DNA of 64,000 nt, from the IMG/VR virus record IMGVR_UViG_2565956726_000008; one strand, given 5' to 3'. The notes under the pieces were generated by a model. That model searched no databases, was not told the DNA's origin, and saw only the letters and a list, made by a program, of their open reading frames with translations. Below are positions 47,642-57,276 of the stretch, piece after piece (the stretch's first letter is position 1; each line of letters begins with the position of its first letter). The position numbers were made by a program, and so were the translations under genes. Source of the DNA: a virus. Lineage: Duplodnaviria > Heunggongvirae > Uroviricota > Caudoviricetes.

Positions 47642-48923
47642 TGTGCCTCAGGCGCGATTTCTTTCAATGCCCCATAAATTTAAAGCCTATATTGCTGGTT
47701 TTGGCTCGGGCAAAACATGGGTTGGGTGTGGCGGCATATGCAAGGGGATTTGGGAGCATCCAGGTATAAATCAGGGATATTTTGCGCCAACGTATCCCCA
47801 AATTCGCGATATTTTTTACCCTACAGTGGAAGAAGTTGCTGCTGACTGGGGATTGAACGTAAAAATTAATGAGGGAAATAAAGAGGTTCACTTTTATTAC
47901 GGACGCCAGTATCGGGGAACCACTATCTGCAGATCGATGGAGAAGCCACAAACGATCGTCGGTTTCAAAATTGGTAATGCGTTGGTGGATGAACTGGACA
48001 TTTTGCCGAAGGAAAAAGCCAGAACGGCGTGGCGCAAGATAATTGCACGTATGCGTTATAAGATTGATGGACTTCGCAACGGTATTGACGTTACAACCAC
48101 GCCGGAAGGATTCAAATTTGTCTACGAGCAGTTTGTTAAAGCCGTGCGTGAAAAAACAGAGCTGGCCTCACTGTATGGTCTGGTGCAGGCATCTACTTTC
48201 GATAATGAAAAGAACCTGCCAGCAGATTACATTCCTTCGCTTCTTGAATCATACCCTCCAGAGCTGATTAAAGCCTATCTTCGAGGACAGTTTACTAACC
48301 TGACAAGTGGTACTGTTTACCATCAGTTTGACCGGAAACTGAATAATTGCGAAGAAGTGGAGCAGCCAGGGGAGCCGATTTATATTGGGATGGATTTTAA
48401 CGTTGGAAAGATGGCGGGAATCGTCCATGTGCTGCGTTTGGGGCTTCCATGTGCGGTAACTGAAATCATCAATGCCTACGATACGCCGGATATGATCCGC
48501 ATCATTAAAGAACGCTTCTGGCTGTATGATGGGAATGATTACCGGAAAGTGAGGGAAATTTATATTTATCCAGATGCTTCCGGGGATTCCAGAAAATCAA
48601 GTAACGCAAGTACGACGGATATAGCCCAGCTTAAGCAGGCTGGTTTTAACGTTGTGGTGAACAGCTCGAACCCGCCAGTAAAAGATCGCGTTAACTCAAT
48701 GAATGCAATGTTCTGCAATGCCAATGGTGAGCGTCGCTATAAAGTTAATGTGAAGCGTTGCCCGTTATATGCCGAATCTCTGGAGCAACAGGTCTGGGAT
48801 GAGAAGGGGGAGCCTGATAAAAAATCTGGCAATGATCACCCGAATGATGCCGGAGGTTATTTCATCGTTAAGCAATTCCCTATTGTCAAACCGACCGGAA
48901 GAGTCACATCACTTCGGATTTAA
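47613..48923 (+). CDS. terminase large subunit
   Basis: 436 aa; Walker A (GFGSGKT) and C-terminal nuclease-type acidic motifs; follows small subunit. Confidence 0.8.
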   Translation: MMKMISPTLNVPQARFLSMPHKFKAYIAGFGSGKTWVGCGGICKGIWEHPGINQGYFAPTYPQIRDIFYPTVEEVAADWGLNVKINEGNKEVHFYYGRQYRGTTICRSMEKPQTIVGFKIGNALVDELDILPKEKARTAWRKIIARMRYKIDGLRNGIDVTTTPEGFKFVYEQFVKAVREKTELASLYGLVQASTFDNEKNLPADYIPSLLESYPPELIKAYLRGQFTNLTSGTVYHQFDRKLNNCEEVEQPGEPIYIGMDFNVGKMAGIVHVLRLGLPCAVTEIINAYDTPDMIRIIKERFWLYDGNDYRKVREIYIYPDASGDSRKSSNASTTDIAQLKQAGFNVVVNSSNPPVKDRVNSMNAMFCNANGERRYKVNVKRCPLYAESLEQQVWDEKGEPDKKSGNDHPNDAGGYFIVKQFPIVKPTGRVTSLRI

Positions 48924-48925
48924 TT

Positions 48926-50332
48926 ATGGCTGATATATCAACACCCAACCTCGACTATAACGATATGCTGGAGGCGTGGGATATTAACGACGCACTGATG
49001 GGCGGTACGCTTGAAATGCGCAGGCAGGGGGAAAATTATCTCCCAAAATGGCCTAACGAAGATGAAGACGCTTATAAAAAACGCCTGTCTGTGGCTACGC
49101 TACTTCCTGTGTATGAAGAAAGCATCAAGCAAAATATTGGGCGCATATTTGCAGAGCCGACAGTATTGAGTGAGGAAACGCCGGCAAAAATCAGGGAATA
49201 TGCAGAAAATATCGACATGGAGGGGAGCCGACTGGATGTGTGGGCGCAGCAATTTTTCAGCCTCGCATTTCAGTATGGTGTGGCACATGCGCTGGTGGAC
49301 TATCCACGAACGGATATGAAAGAGATTCGGACAAAAGCCGATGAAAACGCGGCCGGTGGTCGTCCGTACGTTACGATGCTGAATCCACGCCAGGTTATTG
49401 GATGGAAATCGAAAGTTGAAAAAGGGAAAGTTGTTCTCACTGATTTGCGTATAAAAGAGGTCATCATTATTGATGGTGATGATTTCGGGCAGAAGAAGGT
49501 GGAGCAGATCCGCCATATTATGCCCCGTCGAGTTGAAATTTATCGACGTAGCGAAGGCACTAATGGCGAATCTGTCTGGACGCTTCATGAGTCATGGAAT
49601 ACCAGCCGTGATGATATTCCTCTGGTAACACTGTACACGAAGAAAACAGGATTTATGCGTGGTACACCGCCATTGCTTAATCTTGGCTTGCTGAATATCA
49701 AGCACTGGCAAAGCCAGAGCGAGCAGGACAATATTCTTCATGTTGCCCGCGTTCCATTGCTGGTGGCCTACGGGCTGGACAGGAATGAAGAACTGACGGT
49801 TGGTGCATCCACCGCTACGATTTTTGAGGACAGAACAAAAAATGGCCTCGAATATGTTGAACATAGTGGCGCAGCGATAGAATCTGGCGAAACATCACTT
49901 GAGAAGCTGGAAAATCAGATGCGTCATGCCGGCGCTAAACTTCTGCGTGCTGAAAATACATCCACCAAATCTGTTGATCAGACTAATGAAGAGCGAATGC
50001 AGGAAAACTCGCCGCTTTATACAATGGCGAACTCCCTCGAAGATGCCCTCGATAATATTCTCCAGATAATGGCGGAATGGATCGGAGAGAGTTGCGGTGG
50101 CAATGTGGATGTGCGCACTGAACTGGATGTATCTGCCCAGGTGTTTGACTCATCCTCCGCGCTGGCTGTTCAGTCATTGCGTCAGGGCGGTGATATACGT
50201 CAGATTGATGCGGTTCGGGTGTTGCAGGCGTTGAAATTTATCGATCAGGATTCCCGTCCAGAGGAAGTGATCGATGAATTAAAAAATCAGAGTGTAATGC
50301 TGATGGAAATCAATGATGCAAACCGTGAATGA
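48926..50332 (+). CDS. portal protein
   Basis: 468-aa ORF immediately after terminase large subunit; size and position. Confidence 0.7.
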   Translation: MADISTPNLDYNDMLEAWDINDALMGGTLEMRRQGENYLPKWPNEDEDAYKKRLSVATLLPVYEESIKQNIGRIFAEPTVLSEETPAKIREYAENIDMEGSRLDVWAQQFFSLAFQYGVAHALVDYPRTDMKEIRTKADENAAGGRPYVTMLNPRQVIGWKSKVEKGKVVLTDLRIKEVIIIDGDDFGQKKVEQIRHIMPRRVEIYRRSEGTNGESVWTLHESWNTSRDDIPLVTLYTKKTGFMRGTPPLLNLGLLNIKHWQSQSEQDNILHVARVPLLVAYGLDRNEELTVGASTATIFEDRTKNGLEYVEHSGAAIESGETSLEKLENQMRHAGAKLLRAENTSTKSVDQTNEERMQENSPLYTMANSLEDALDNILQIMAEWIGESCGGNVDVRTELDVSAQVFDSSSALAVQSLRQGGDIRQIDAVRVLQALKFIDQDSRPEEVIDELKNQSVMLMEINDANRE

Positions 50333-51428
50333 ACGGCTGCGTGATGAATCAATTGCTCATGCAGTCTGGATATCCCGCTATAGCACTGGCGTGGCTGCCA
50401 GAATGGTGAAAATACTGAATGACAGCGATGCGGAACTTACTGCTCGCCTGCTGATAGCACTGGACAGCCTCGATCCAGGTAGTTTTACCGTTAAGCGCCT
50501 GGAGTCACTTCTGGCGAGCGTCAGAGAGGTTAACCGCACTGCTATTAACAGCATGTTTACCAGTCTCTCCGGAGAGCTGAACGAGCTGGCAATTTATGAG
50601 GCTGGTTATCAGTTAAGTCTGTTTGATTCTATGCTACCTGATTTTGTTGCTGATGTTCACCCTCTGGTTGGTATCTCTCCTGATGCACTTTATGCCGCTG
50701 CAATGGCGCGACCATTCCAGGGACGACTGCTCAGTGAGTGGGCCTCAGATCTTGAAGCGGATCGGCTCAGACGCATAACAAATACAGTGCGTCAGGGTTT
50801 TTTGCTGGGGGATACCAATGAGCAGATCGCAAGAAAAATTCGGGGACATGTCAGTAAGGGATTTCAGGATGGTGCATTGCAGATGAGCCGGGCTAATGCG
50901 GCCAGCATTGCAAAAACAGCGGTTGGACATCTTGCTGCTACTGCCCGTGAGAGTTTTGCCAGCGCGAATAATGATTTGATTAAGGGTAAGCAATGGTTAT
51001 CAACGCTTGATAATCGTACTACGCCACAATGTCGAATCAGGGATCGCCTCAAATATACGCTGAATAATAAACCTGTAGGTCACAGCGTGCCTTATTTGCA
51101 GGGGCCGGGAAAAATTCATTTCTGCTGCCGCTCAACGGAAACGTTCATTCTGAAATCAGCGAAGGAACTGGGTATTGATGTTCGCGATATTTCCCCGGCT
51201 GAGCGGGCCAGCATGGATGGCGTGGTGGCCGGAGATACAACCTACAGGGAATGGTTTTTGCGTCAGCCTTACACCAGACAAAAACAGATTGTGGGGGAAA
51301 CCCGAGCAAAGCTGATTCGGGATGGTGGTATGTCGCCAGATGAATTTTACACCGATAAAGGCGAATGGCTGACGCTGAAGCAGCTCCGTGAGCGTGATGC
51401 ACAGGTATTCAGAAAAGCAGGGATTTAA
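50313..51428 (+). CDS. head morphogenesis protein (Mu F / SPP1 gp7-like)
   Basis: 371 aa overlapping portal 3' end; position and size typical of F-like minor head protein. Confidence 0.6.
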   Translation: MMQTVNERLRDESIAHAVWISRYSTGVAARMVKILNDSDAELTARLLIALDSLDPGSFTVKRLESLLASVREVNRTAINSMFTSLSGELNELAIYEAGYQLSLFDSMLPDFVADVHPLVGISPDALYAAAMARPFQGRLLSEWASDLEADRLRRITNTVRQGFLLGDTNEQIARKIRGHVSKGFQDGALQMSRANAASIAKTAVGHLAATARESFASANNDLIKGKQWLSTLDNRTTPQCRIRDRLKYTLNNKPVGHSVPYLQGPGKIHFCCRSTETFILKSAKELGIDVRDISPAERASMDGVVAGDTTYREWFLRQPYTRQKQIVGETRAKLIRDGGMSPDEFYTDKGEWLTLKQLRERDAQVFRKAGI

Positions 51429-51444
51429 ATAAATCATTTATTAC

Positions 51445-51475
51445 AACAGGCTACCTTCGGGTGGCCTTTTTTATT
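51445..51475 (+). terminator. hairpin/terminator after head morphogenesis gene
   Basis: aggctacc-ttcg-ggtggcct hairpin followed by TTTTTATT. Confidence 0.45.
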
Positions 51476-51532
51476 GCTGCGATCCGGATGGTGAGCAGCG
51501 TAACTGTCGGAAGACTTAAACCAGGTACTAAT

Positions 51533-52297
51533 ATGAAACTGAAAACGGTCGAGATTAACGGAAAACAATACGCAGAAATTGATACTGCTGGCCTGCCAGT
51601 TTATGTGCACGACGATGGTAAAGAAATTGGCTTCGATGCACCGCTGGCGACAAAAAAAATTACAGAGCTTAATGGCGAGGCAAAAAATCATCGCCTGGCT
51701 AAAGAAGCTGCAGAGGAAAAACTGGCTAAGTTTGCCGCTATCGAAGACCCGAAGAAGGCGATCGAGGCACTGGAAATGCTGTCAAAAATCGACCAGAAAA
51801 AGCTGCTCGATGCGGGACAGGTTGACCAGGTTAAGGCAGAAATTACGAAAAATTTTCAGCAGCAATTAGATGAAGAAAAGCAACGCTCTCAGATGCTGGA
51901 GAAGCAGCTTTACGATTCTATGATTGGCGGTAGTTTTGCGGGTTCAAAATATATTGCCGATAAAATTGCGATCCCGGCAGATTTATTACAAGCCCGCTTC
52001 GGGCAGGCATTCAAAGTGGAAGAAGGGAGGATCGTTGCTTATGACGCTTCCGGCAACAAAATTTATTCCCGCGCGAAGCCTGGCGAACTGGCGCAGTTTG
52101 ATGAGGCGCTGGAGTTCCTTGTCGAAAATTACCCTCAGAAAGACTACATCCTGAAAGCCAGTGGCAACAATGGCGGCGGCTCCCGTCCGACACAGCATGA
52201 TATTGGTCAGAAAACGATGAAACGCTCTGCTTTTGATGCACTGGATGTTGCAGGTAAGCAAAACGCATTGAAAGACGGTATCACAATCGTTGATTAA
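51533..52297 (+). CDS. scaffolding protein, putative
   Basis: 254 aa from MKLKTVEINGKQY; charged, helix-rich; immediately upstream of the capsid gene. Confidence 0.5.
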   Translation: MKLKTVEINGKQYAEIDTAGLPVYVHDDGKEIGFDAPLATKKITELNGEAKNHRLAKEAAEEKLAKFAAIEDPKKAIEALEMLSKIDQKKLLDAGQVDQVKAEITKNFQQQLDEEKQRSQMLEKQLYDSMIGGSFAGSKYIADKIAIPADLLQARFGQAFKVEEGRIVAYDASGNKIYSRAKPGELAQFDEALEFLVENYPQKDYILKASGNNGGGSRPTQHDIGQKTMKRSAFDALDVAGKQNALKDGITIVD

Positions 52298-52395
52298 CAC
52301 ATTTGTCAGCTTCCGGATGGGAGCTGGTGTCAGGGCTGGATAGCTCATTACTCCATCTATTCACAATTACGCAAATTTTTAAGGAATATTTAATT

Positions 52396-53535
52396 ATGGC
52401 TGGAAATACCCTGACCGGGTTGATCCCGACTATTTATACCGCCCTGGATGTTGTATCCCGTGAGCAGGTAGGTTTTATCCCTGCGGTAGCAAAAAACGCA
52501 AAAGCTGACGCCGCAGCAAAAGATCAGACGGTAACCGCGCCAGTTGCGCCTGAGGCGAAAACCGAAGATATCGTACCGGGGCCGTCAGCTCCGAATACCG
52601 GTGATCAAAATATTGGCACTGTTGATGTAAAAATTACTAAATCCAAAATGGCACCGGTTAAATGGAATGGTGAAGAACAACTGGCTCTTGGCCCTTCAGG
52701 GACTTACAACACCATTCTGGCTGATCAGTTCAAGCAGGCTTTTCGCGCCCTTGCAAACGAGGTTGAGGCTGATCTTGGTGCGTTGTATTTCGGTGCTTCC
52801 CGCGCCGTGGGAACCGCAGGGACAACGCCGTTTGGTGTTAAAGATGATCTTTCTGATGCTGCTCTGGCTCGTCAGGTTCTGGAGGATAACGGCGCACCGA
52901 CAACCGATCTGCAGATGGTGCTTGGCTCCACTGCCATTGCTAATTTGCGCGGAAAACAGTCTGTATTGTTTAAAGTGAATGAATCCGGCACTGAACAGCT
53001 ACTGCGTGAGGGCGTGTTGGGGCGTCTGGAGGGATTCAATATTCACAGTTCGGCAGGTGTGAAACGAGCGCCAAAGGTTGCTGCAACTGGTTATCTCGTG
53101 AATGGAGAGAAAAAAGAAGGCGATGTTCTTATTTCCATTGATACTGGTTCGGGGAGTATTTCTGCAGGTCAGATTGTTACGTTCGCTGGTGATCCGAATC
53201 AGTATGTTGTGGCAGCAGCGACCAGCAATCTGATTACTCTTGCAGCGCCCGGACTGCGTCAGGATCTGGCCGATGATACTGCCATCACAGTTGTTGGGGC
53301 CTTTACTGCAAATATGGCGTTTGATCGCAACGCGTTTCTGCTGGCATCCCGTACTCCGGCAATGCCGGAAGGTGGCGATAATGCTGATGATGTAATGAAT
53401 GTTACGGACCCGATTTCAGGGATTACGTTCCAGATTGCACTGTATCGTCAGTATCGCCAGGTGCGCTATGAAGTTGGACTGGCATGGGGTGTTTCATCAG
53501 TGAAGCCGGCACATGGTTGTCTGATTCTTGGTTAA
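52396..53535 (+). CDS. major capsid protein (prophage B)
   Basis: 379 aa from MAGNTLTGLIP with AAGGAA RBS; followed by strong terminator; position after scaffold. Confidence 0.65.
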   Translation: MAGNTLTGLIPTIYTALDVVSREQVGFIPAVAKNAKADAAAKDQTVTAPVAPEAKTEDIVPGPSAPNTGDQNIGTVDVKITKSKMAPVKWNGEEQLALGPSGTYNTILADQFKQAFRALANEVEADLGALYFGASRAVGTAGTTPFGVKDDLSDAALARQVLEDNGAPTTDLQMVLGSTAIANLRGKQSVLFKVNESGTEQLLREGVLGRLEGFNIHSSAGVKRAPKVAATGYLVNGEKKEGDVLISIDTGSGSISAGQIVTFAGDPNQYVVAAATSNLITLAAPGLRQDLADDTAITVVGAFTANMAFDRNAFLLASRTPAMPEGGDNADDVMNVTDPISGITFQIALYRQYRQVRYEVGLAWGVSSVKPAHGCLILG

Positions 53536-53545
53536 ACATTCAAAC

Positions 53546-53566
53546 GGGGCTTCGGCCCCATTTTTA
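53546..53566 (+). terminator. rho-independent terminator after capsid gene
   Basis: ggggc-ttcg-gcccc hairpin followed by ATTTTT. Confidence 0.6.
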
Positions 53567-53577
53567 ATGGGGGGCAT

Positions 53578-53754
53578 ATGGCCGGATTAACTAAAGAGCA
53601 AAGAGCACAGCGTGAAGCCGCACAAAAAACGCAAATTGAGTTAGTGGTTATGGTGACCGATTATCAGATGTTTCCCGGCGCACCAACTATCGCTAATGTT
53701 CATCCTGATGAAGTTGACAACTGGAAGGCTATGGGCTGGAAAACTCAGGAGTAA
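53578..53754 (+). CDS. small hypothetical head-region protein (58 aa)
   Basis: Not in provided track; MAGLTKEQRAQREAAQKTQIELVVMVTDYQMFPGAPTIANVHPDEVDNWKAMGWKTQE; stop 3 nt before next gene. Confidence 0.4.
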   Translation: MAGLTKEQRAQREAAQKTQIELVVMVTDYQMFPGAPTIANVHPDEVDNWKAMGWKTQE

Positions 53755-53757
53755 CAC

Positions 53758-54153
53758 ATGATCACTTACGTGACCTGTGATGACGTTGATAATGCGTTTG
53801 GGAACGCCTGGACGAGTGAGAACGCTAAAAATAAAGCTGTTTTAATGGCTAATGCCTGGCTTAATGGCTTCAACCTGAAAATTAACCCATCCCGTATTCC
53901 GGAAGAGGTAAAACTTGCGGGAGCATATGCAGCCAGAATTGCCTCATTCGGTAAGTTGTTTCAGCAGAAAAATGATTCTGGCGTTGTTATCAGTAAAGCC
54001 GTGTCGGCTGACGGGGTCAGTGTATCGAAATCATTTTCTGAGTTGCCAGCAAACAGCACTGCATTGCTTGAACCCGATTTACAGCTTGCGATAGCACTGC
54101 TGAAACAGTACGGACTTAGTCGCTCACAAGTCAGGGTTGTGAGGGGGGGATAA
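53758..54153 (+). CDS. head-tail connector protein, putative
   Basis: 131-aa ORF, first of four short overlapping neck genes. Confidence 0.4.
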   Translation: MITYVTCDDVDNAFGNAWTSENAKNKAVLMANAWLNGFNLKINPSRIPEEVKLAGAYAARIASFGKLFQQKNDSGVVISKAVSADGVSVSKSFSELPANSTALLEPDLQLAIALLKQYGLSRSQVRVVRGG

Positions 54154-54536
54154 TGGGGCTTCGTGAAGAGATTCAGTCAGAGGTTGCCGCTGCTTTTGAT
54201 GAGGATTTAGCGGACGCCGTGAGTGATTTTTCTGGTTCTTACGTTACGCACCGGCACTGGGATCCTGTGACGGAAACTGGCGGCGAATCCACCGCAATCT
54301 ATACCGGGCGAGGCGTGTTGACACGTTATAAGCTGGGCAGAATTGATGGGATTAATATTTTGCATGGTGACCTTAAATTAACCGCTCTGGTATGCGAGGT
54401 TACGGATAAACCAGCTGTCGACCATATTATTGAGATTTATGATCCTGTATCAAGGCAGTTACAACGATACGAGGTAATTACAGCAAGTGTAGATCCTTCC
54501 GCATCAGTTTACTCTATCCAGTTAAGGAGAGCGTAA
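54153..54536 (+). CDS. head closure protein, putative
   Basis: 127-aa ORF, start overlaps previous stop. Confidence 0.4.
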   Translation: MGLREEIQSEVAAAFDEDLADAVSDFSGSYVTHRHWDPVTETGGESTAIYTGRGVLTRYKLGRIDGINILHGDLKLTALVCEVTDKPAVDHIIEIYDPVSRQLQRYEVITASVDPSASVYSIQLRRA

Positions 54537-54917
54537 ATGGCAAAGGCATGGGATATAGAACCGTCAATATTTGCCGGGATGATTGAGGAAGATGTAGGGC
54601 TGAAGATTCGCTACATCGCTATTCAGATTCTTACTGCTATTGATATTGCTGCTCCGGTTGATACCGGACGTTTCAGAAATAACAACCTGGTGTCGTTACA
54701 GCATCCCGATTTTGGTATATCTGATAACGTGGATCCGAACGGTACGATTGCTGTTCAGCGTGGGATCGGGGTTATTTCGAAAGCTGCAAATTACGGGGTT
54801 ATTTATATCCAGAATAACCTTCCTTATGCAGAGGCTCTTGAAAACGGTCATTCACAACAAGCGCCAACTGGCGTGTATGCCAACGCTTTTCATGGTGTTT
54901 TACAGGCTTACAAATGA
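54537..54917 (+). CDS. HK97 gp10-like neck / tail-completion protein
   Basis: 126 aa; APVDTGRFRNNNLVS matches the gp10-family PVDTG motif. Confidence 0.5.
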   Translation: MAKAWDIEPSIFAGMIEEDVGLKIRYIAIQILTAIDIAAPVDTGRFRNNNLVSLQHPDFGISDNVDPNGTIAVQRGIGVISKAANYGVIYIQNNLPYAEALENGHSQQAPTGVYANAFHGVLQAYK

Positions 54918-55306
54918 AGTTTACTGAAATCAGAAATACGGTTATTTCCAGAATGACGGCACAGACGATTATTGATGGAAAAGACGTATTGTATCCGAAC
55001 GGGCCAACGTTCGATCCTTCCGGTAAGTTAATCTGGGCGCGGTTAAGTAATATTCCCGGGCAAGCTGGAGTTAATGAAATTGGCGCGGGGCCGGTTGTTT
55101 ATCGCACGGGGATAATCATTATTCAGTTATTTGTCCCCGCAGGTTCTGGTTCAAAACTCATTACTGAGACAGCCGATAAATTGCGGGAACTGTTTGAGTT
55201 TCAGGATGACGATCGTCTCAGTTACCAGGCTGTTTCCTCAATAGCCGTCGGCGAAAAGAATGGCTGGTTCCAGCTTAATCTTCAAATTCCATATCGCGCG
55301 CTCTAG
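54914..55306 (+). CDS. tail terminator-like protein, putative
   Basis: 130-aa ORF overlapping previous stop, directly before major tail gene. Confidence 0.4.
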   Translation: MKFTEIRNTVISRMTAQTIIDGKDVLYPNGPTFDPSGKLIWARLSNIPGQAGVNEIGAGPVVYRTGIIIIQLFVPAGSGSKLITETADKLRELFEFQDDDRLSYQAVSSIAVGEKNGWFQLNLQIPYRAL

Positions 55307-55332
55307 CGCAATTAATGACATAGGAGGCTCCT

Positions 55333-56295
55333 GTGAGTTCAGGTGCAAAGGTTATCTCGGCATTTATCCGGGAGACAGTTGCAGGCACTACGCCAGCAAG
55401 TGGTGACTGGAGTTTATTAAAACGCACAAGCTGGGGAGTAAAACCCACCCAGAATAAAGGCGAAAATAATGAGATTGGTGGCTCCCGGATGGCTCAGGGG
55501 GCGACGCCTGGCACTGTGGATGTCGGCGGTGATGTTGGTACCAAATTTCGCTGGGGTCAACATGATGATTTTCTTGCATCCTGTTTCGGCGCGGAATGGT
55601 CAGGCGATTCTCTGACAATGGGGAATGAGCGAATAACATTTTCTCTGGCGACCTATGCGTCCGATGTCGGAATTGCCTCTGTCGTCAGAGGAGCGCAGGT
55701 TGGCTCATGGAAAATGCAGATCCCTAACGACGGCGATATTACAGCGACCGTAACCTTTGCCGGGCTGGGCTGGGAATCAAAGGCCGATGATACGAATTTT
55801 ATCAAAGGCGAACCTGTGGATAGTGCAGGAAAGTTACGCTATTCGTTTAAGGCGGTTTCAGCAGTAAGCCTGAATGGTGTTGCCGGAGGTAACGGTTTTT
55901 GTATCGACAGTTTTGATATTCAGTTCGATAACAAACTCCAGACACAGCGTTGTATCGGGACTGGCTCGCCTTATGCAGGAGCAAATATTCCGACTACTTT
56001 TACACCGTCCGGTACGGTGACGCTTTCATGGTCTAAAGCCGCGTGGGAAATCTGGAGTAAAACACTGACTGGAGAAACAGTTCCGTTCAGCTTCACGCTT
56101 TCGAATGGAGAGGGGGCATACACTTTCAGTTTCCCGAAGGTTCAGGTGTCAGGTGAATGGCCTGATGGGGGTAATACTGACATTATCCAGGTTCAATTGA
56201 GCATTACCGCAGCAGATGAAGCACCTACGATAACCAGAAAAAAATGCTCCCCGACTGCCGTGATCGCAAAAGCCAGTGCTGATGCGATTAGTTGA
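55333..56295 (+). CDS. major tail protein
   Basis: 320-aa ORF (GTG start), upstream of chaperone/frameshift pair and tape measure. Confidence 0.55.
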   Translation: MSSGAKVISAFIRETVAGTTPASGDWSLLKRTSWGVKPTQNKGENNEIGGSRMAQGATPGTVDVGGDVGTKFRWGQHDDFLASCFGAEWSGDSLTMGNERITFSLATYASDVGIASVVRGAQVGSWKMQIPNDGDITATVTFAGLGWESKADDTNFIKGEPVDSAGKLRYSFKAVSAVSLNGVAGGNGFCIDSFDIQFDNKLQTQRCIGTGSPYAGANIPTTFTPSGTVTLSWSKAAWEIWSKTLTGETVPFSFTLSNGEGAYTFSFPKVQVSGEWPDGGNTDIIQVQLSITAADEAPTITRKKCSPTAVIAKASADAIS

Positions 56296-56343
56296 TTTTC
56301 CGTTATTCCCCCTGTGGTACTGCACTACAGGGGGACGCATTGA

Positions 56344-56805
56344 ATGAGGTTATGGATGTTTATTCTTAATCAGAAAATTATCATCGGTGGAGAACGCTGG
56401 TTTACGCCAATGAAGGACTTAAAACCTATAGACGGGTTAAAACTGTTGGTGGCAAGCAGCGATAACGATCAGTATCGCTCCCGTAATGCATTAATCCGTC
56501 GTCACATTGAGAAAATGGATGCCAGTTTGCACGTCGGAACGAAGGAGTTTGATATTTCAAAGGTTTCCGAGGTAGATTCTGTTGATGATTTACTCATTGA
56601 TAATGCTGCTCGTTATCTGCTGAAAGACTGGAAAGGGGTTGGTGAACTGGTTAATGGTGCTGAGGTTGCACTGGAATATACGCCAGAACGAGGGATCGCG
56701 CTGCTTAAGCAGAATCCAGAGTTGTACTGGCAGATCCTTGCAGAAGCAGCCAGCATCGCCCAGGGTAAAGAGCAGCAGAAGCAGGATACGATAAAAAAGC
56801 CATAG
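56344..56805 (+). CDS. tail assembly chaperone (G-like)
   Basis: 153-aa ORF ending just after an A_AAA_AAG slippery heptamer; followed by overlapping -1 frame ORF. Confidence 0.6.
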   Translation: MRLWMFILNQKIIIGGERWFTPMKDLKPIDGLKLLVASSDNDQYRSRNALIRRHIEKMDASLHVGTKEFDISKVSEVDSVDDLLIDNAARYLLKDWKGVGELVNGAEVALEYTPERGIALLKQNPELYWQILAEAASIAQGKEQQKQDTIKKP

Positions 56806-57113
56806 CCGCCCAGCGGTGGTTATCGGAGTTCGGGGGAGAAAGGGGGGAAAAGGCAAGATGGAAGCGAGAAAAACTCAGGTTGCCACCGATACCGGAACCA
56901 GAAATAGACCCGGTGCTTAAGGAATTGTTGTACGCCTATTCGGTAATATCCCGTGCCCGACGTTATGCTGGAATGACCGGGGTGCCTTTGCCTTTATCTC
57001 TGACAGAGATAAATGAATATTTAGCCACTCATCCGGTATTGATTGAGCGCGATGAGTTTGAAGCAGTGATCTTTGCACTGGATGACCAGTATTTTCAGGA
57101 GCAGTGTGTGTAG
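56344..57113 (+). CDS. tail assembly chaperone GT-type fusion via programmed -1 frameshift (predicted)
   Basis: -1 frame is open from 56769 to stop at 57113 and overlaps the G-frame slippery site at 56793-56799. Confidence 0.5.
56793..56799 (+). other. -1 ribosomal frameshift slippery heptamer A_AAA_AAG
   Basis: aaaaaag with AAA (56794-56796) and AAG (56797-56799) in the chaperone reading frame. Confidence 0.55.
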
Positions 57114-57276
57114 TTGTTAATTACGTACACTCTGTTACAGAGATGTGATGGTGTCTTTAATTAAATCGATGATGCTCCTGGAGAAAAGCATTGCGTGGCC
57201 TCGTAATCGCTATATCTACTATTATGTCGCCTGAAACCCACTTCGGTGGGCTTTTTGTTGTCTGGAGTTTTAATAA

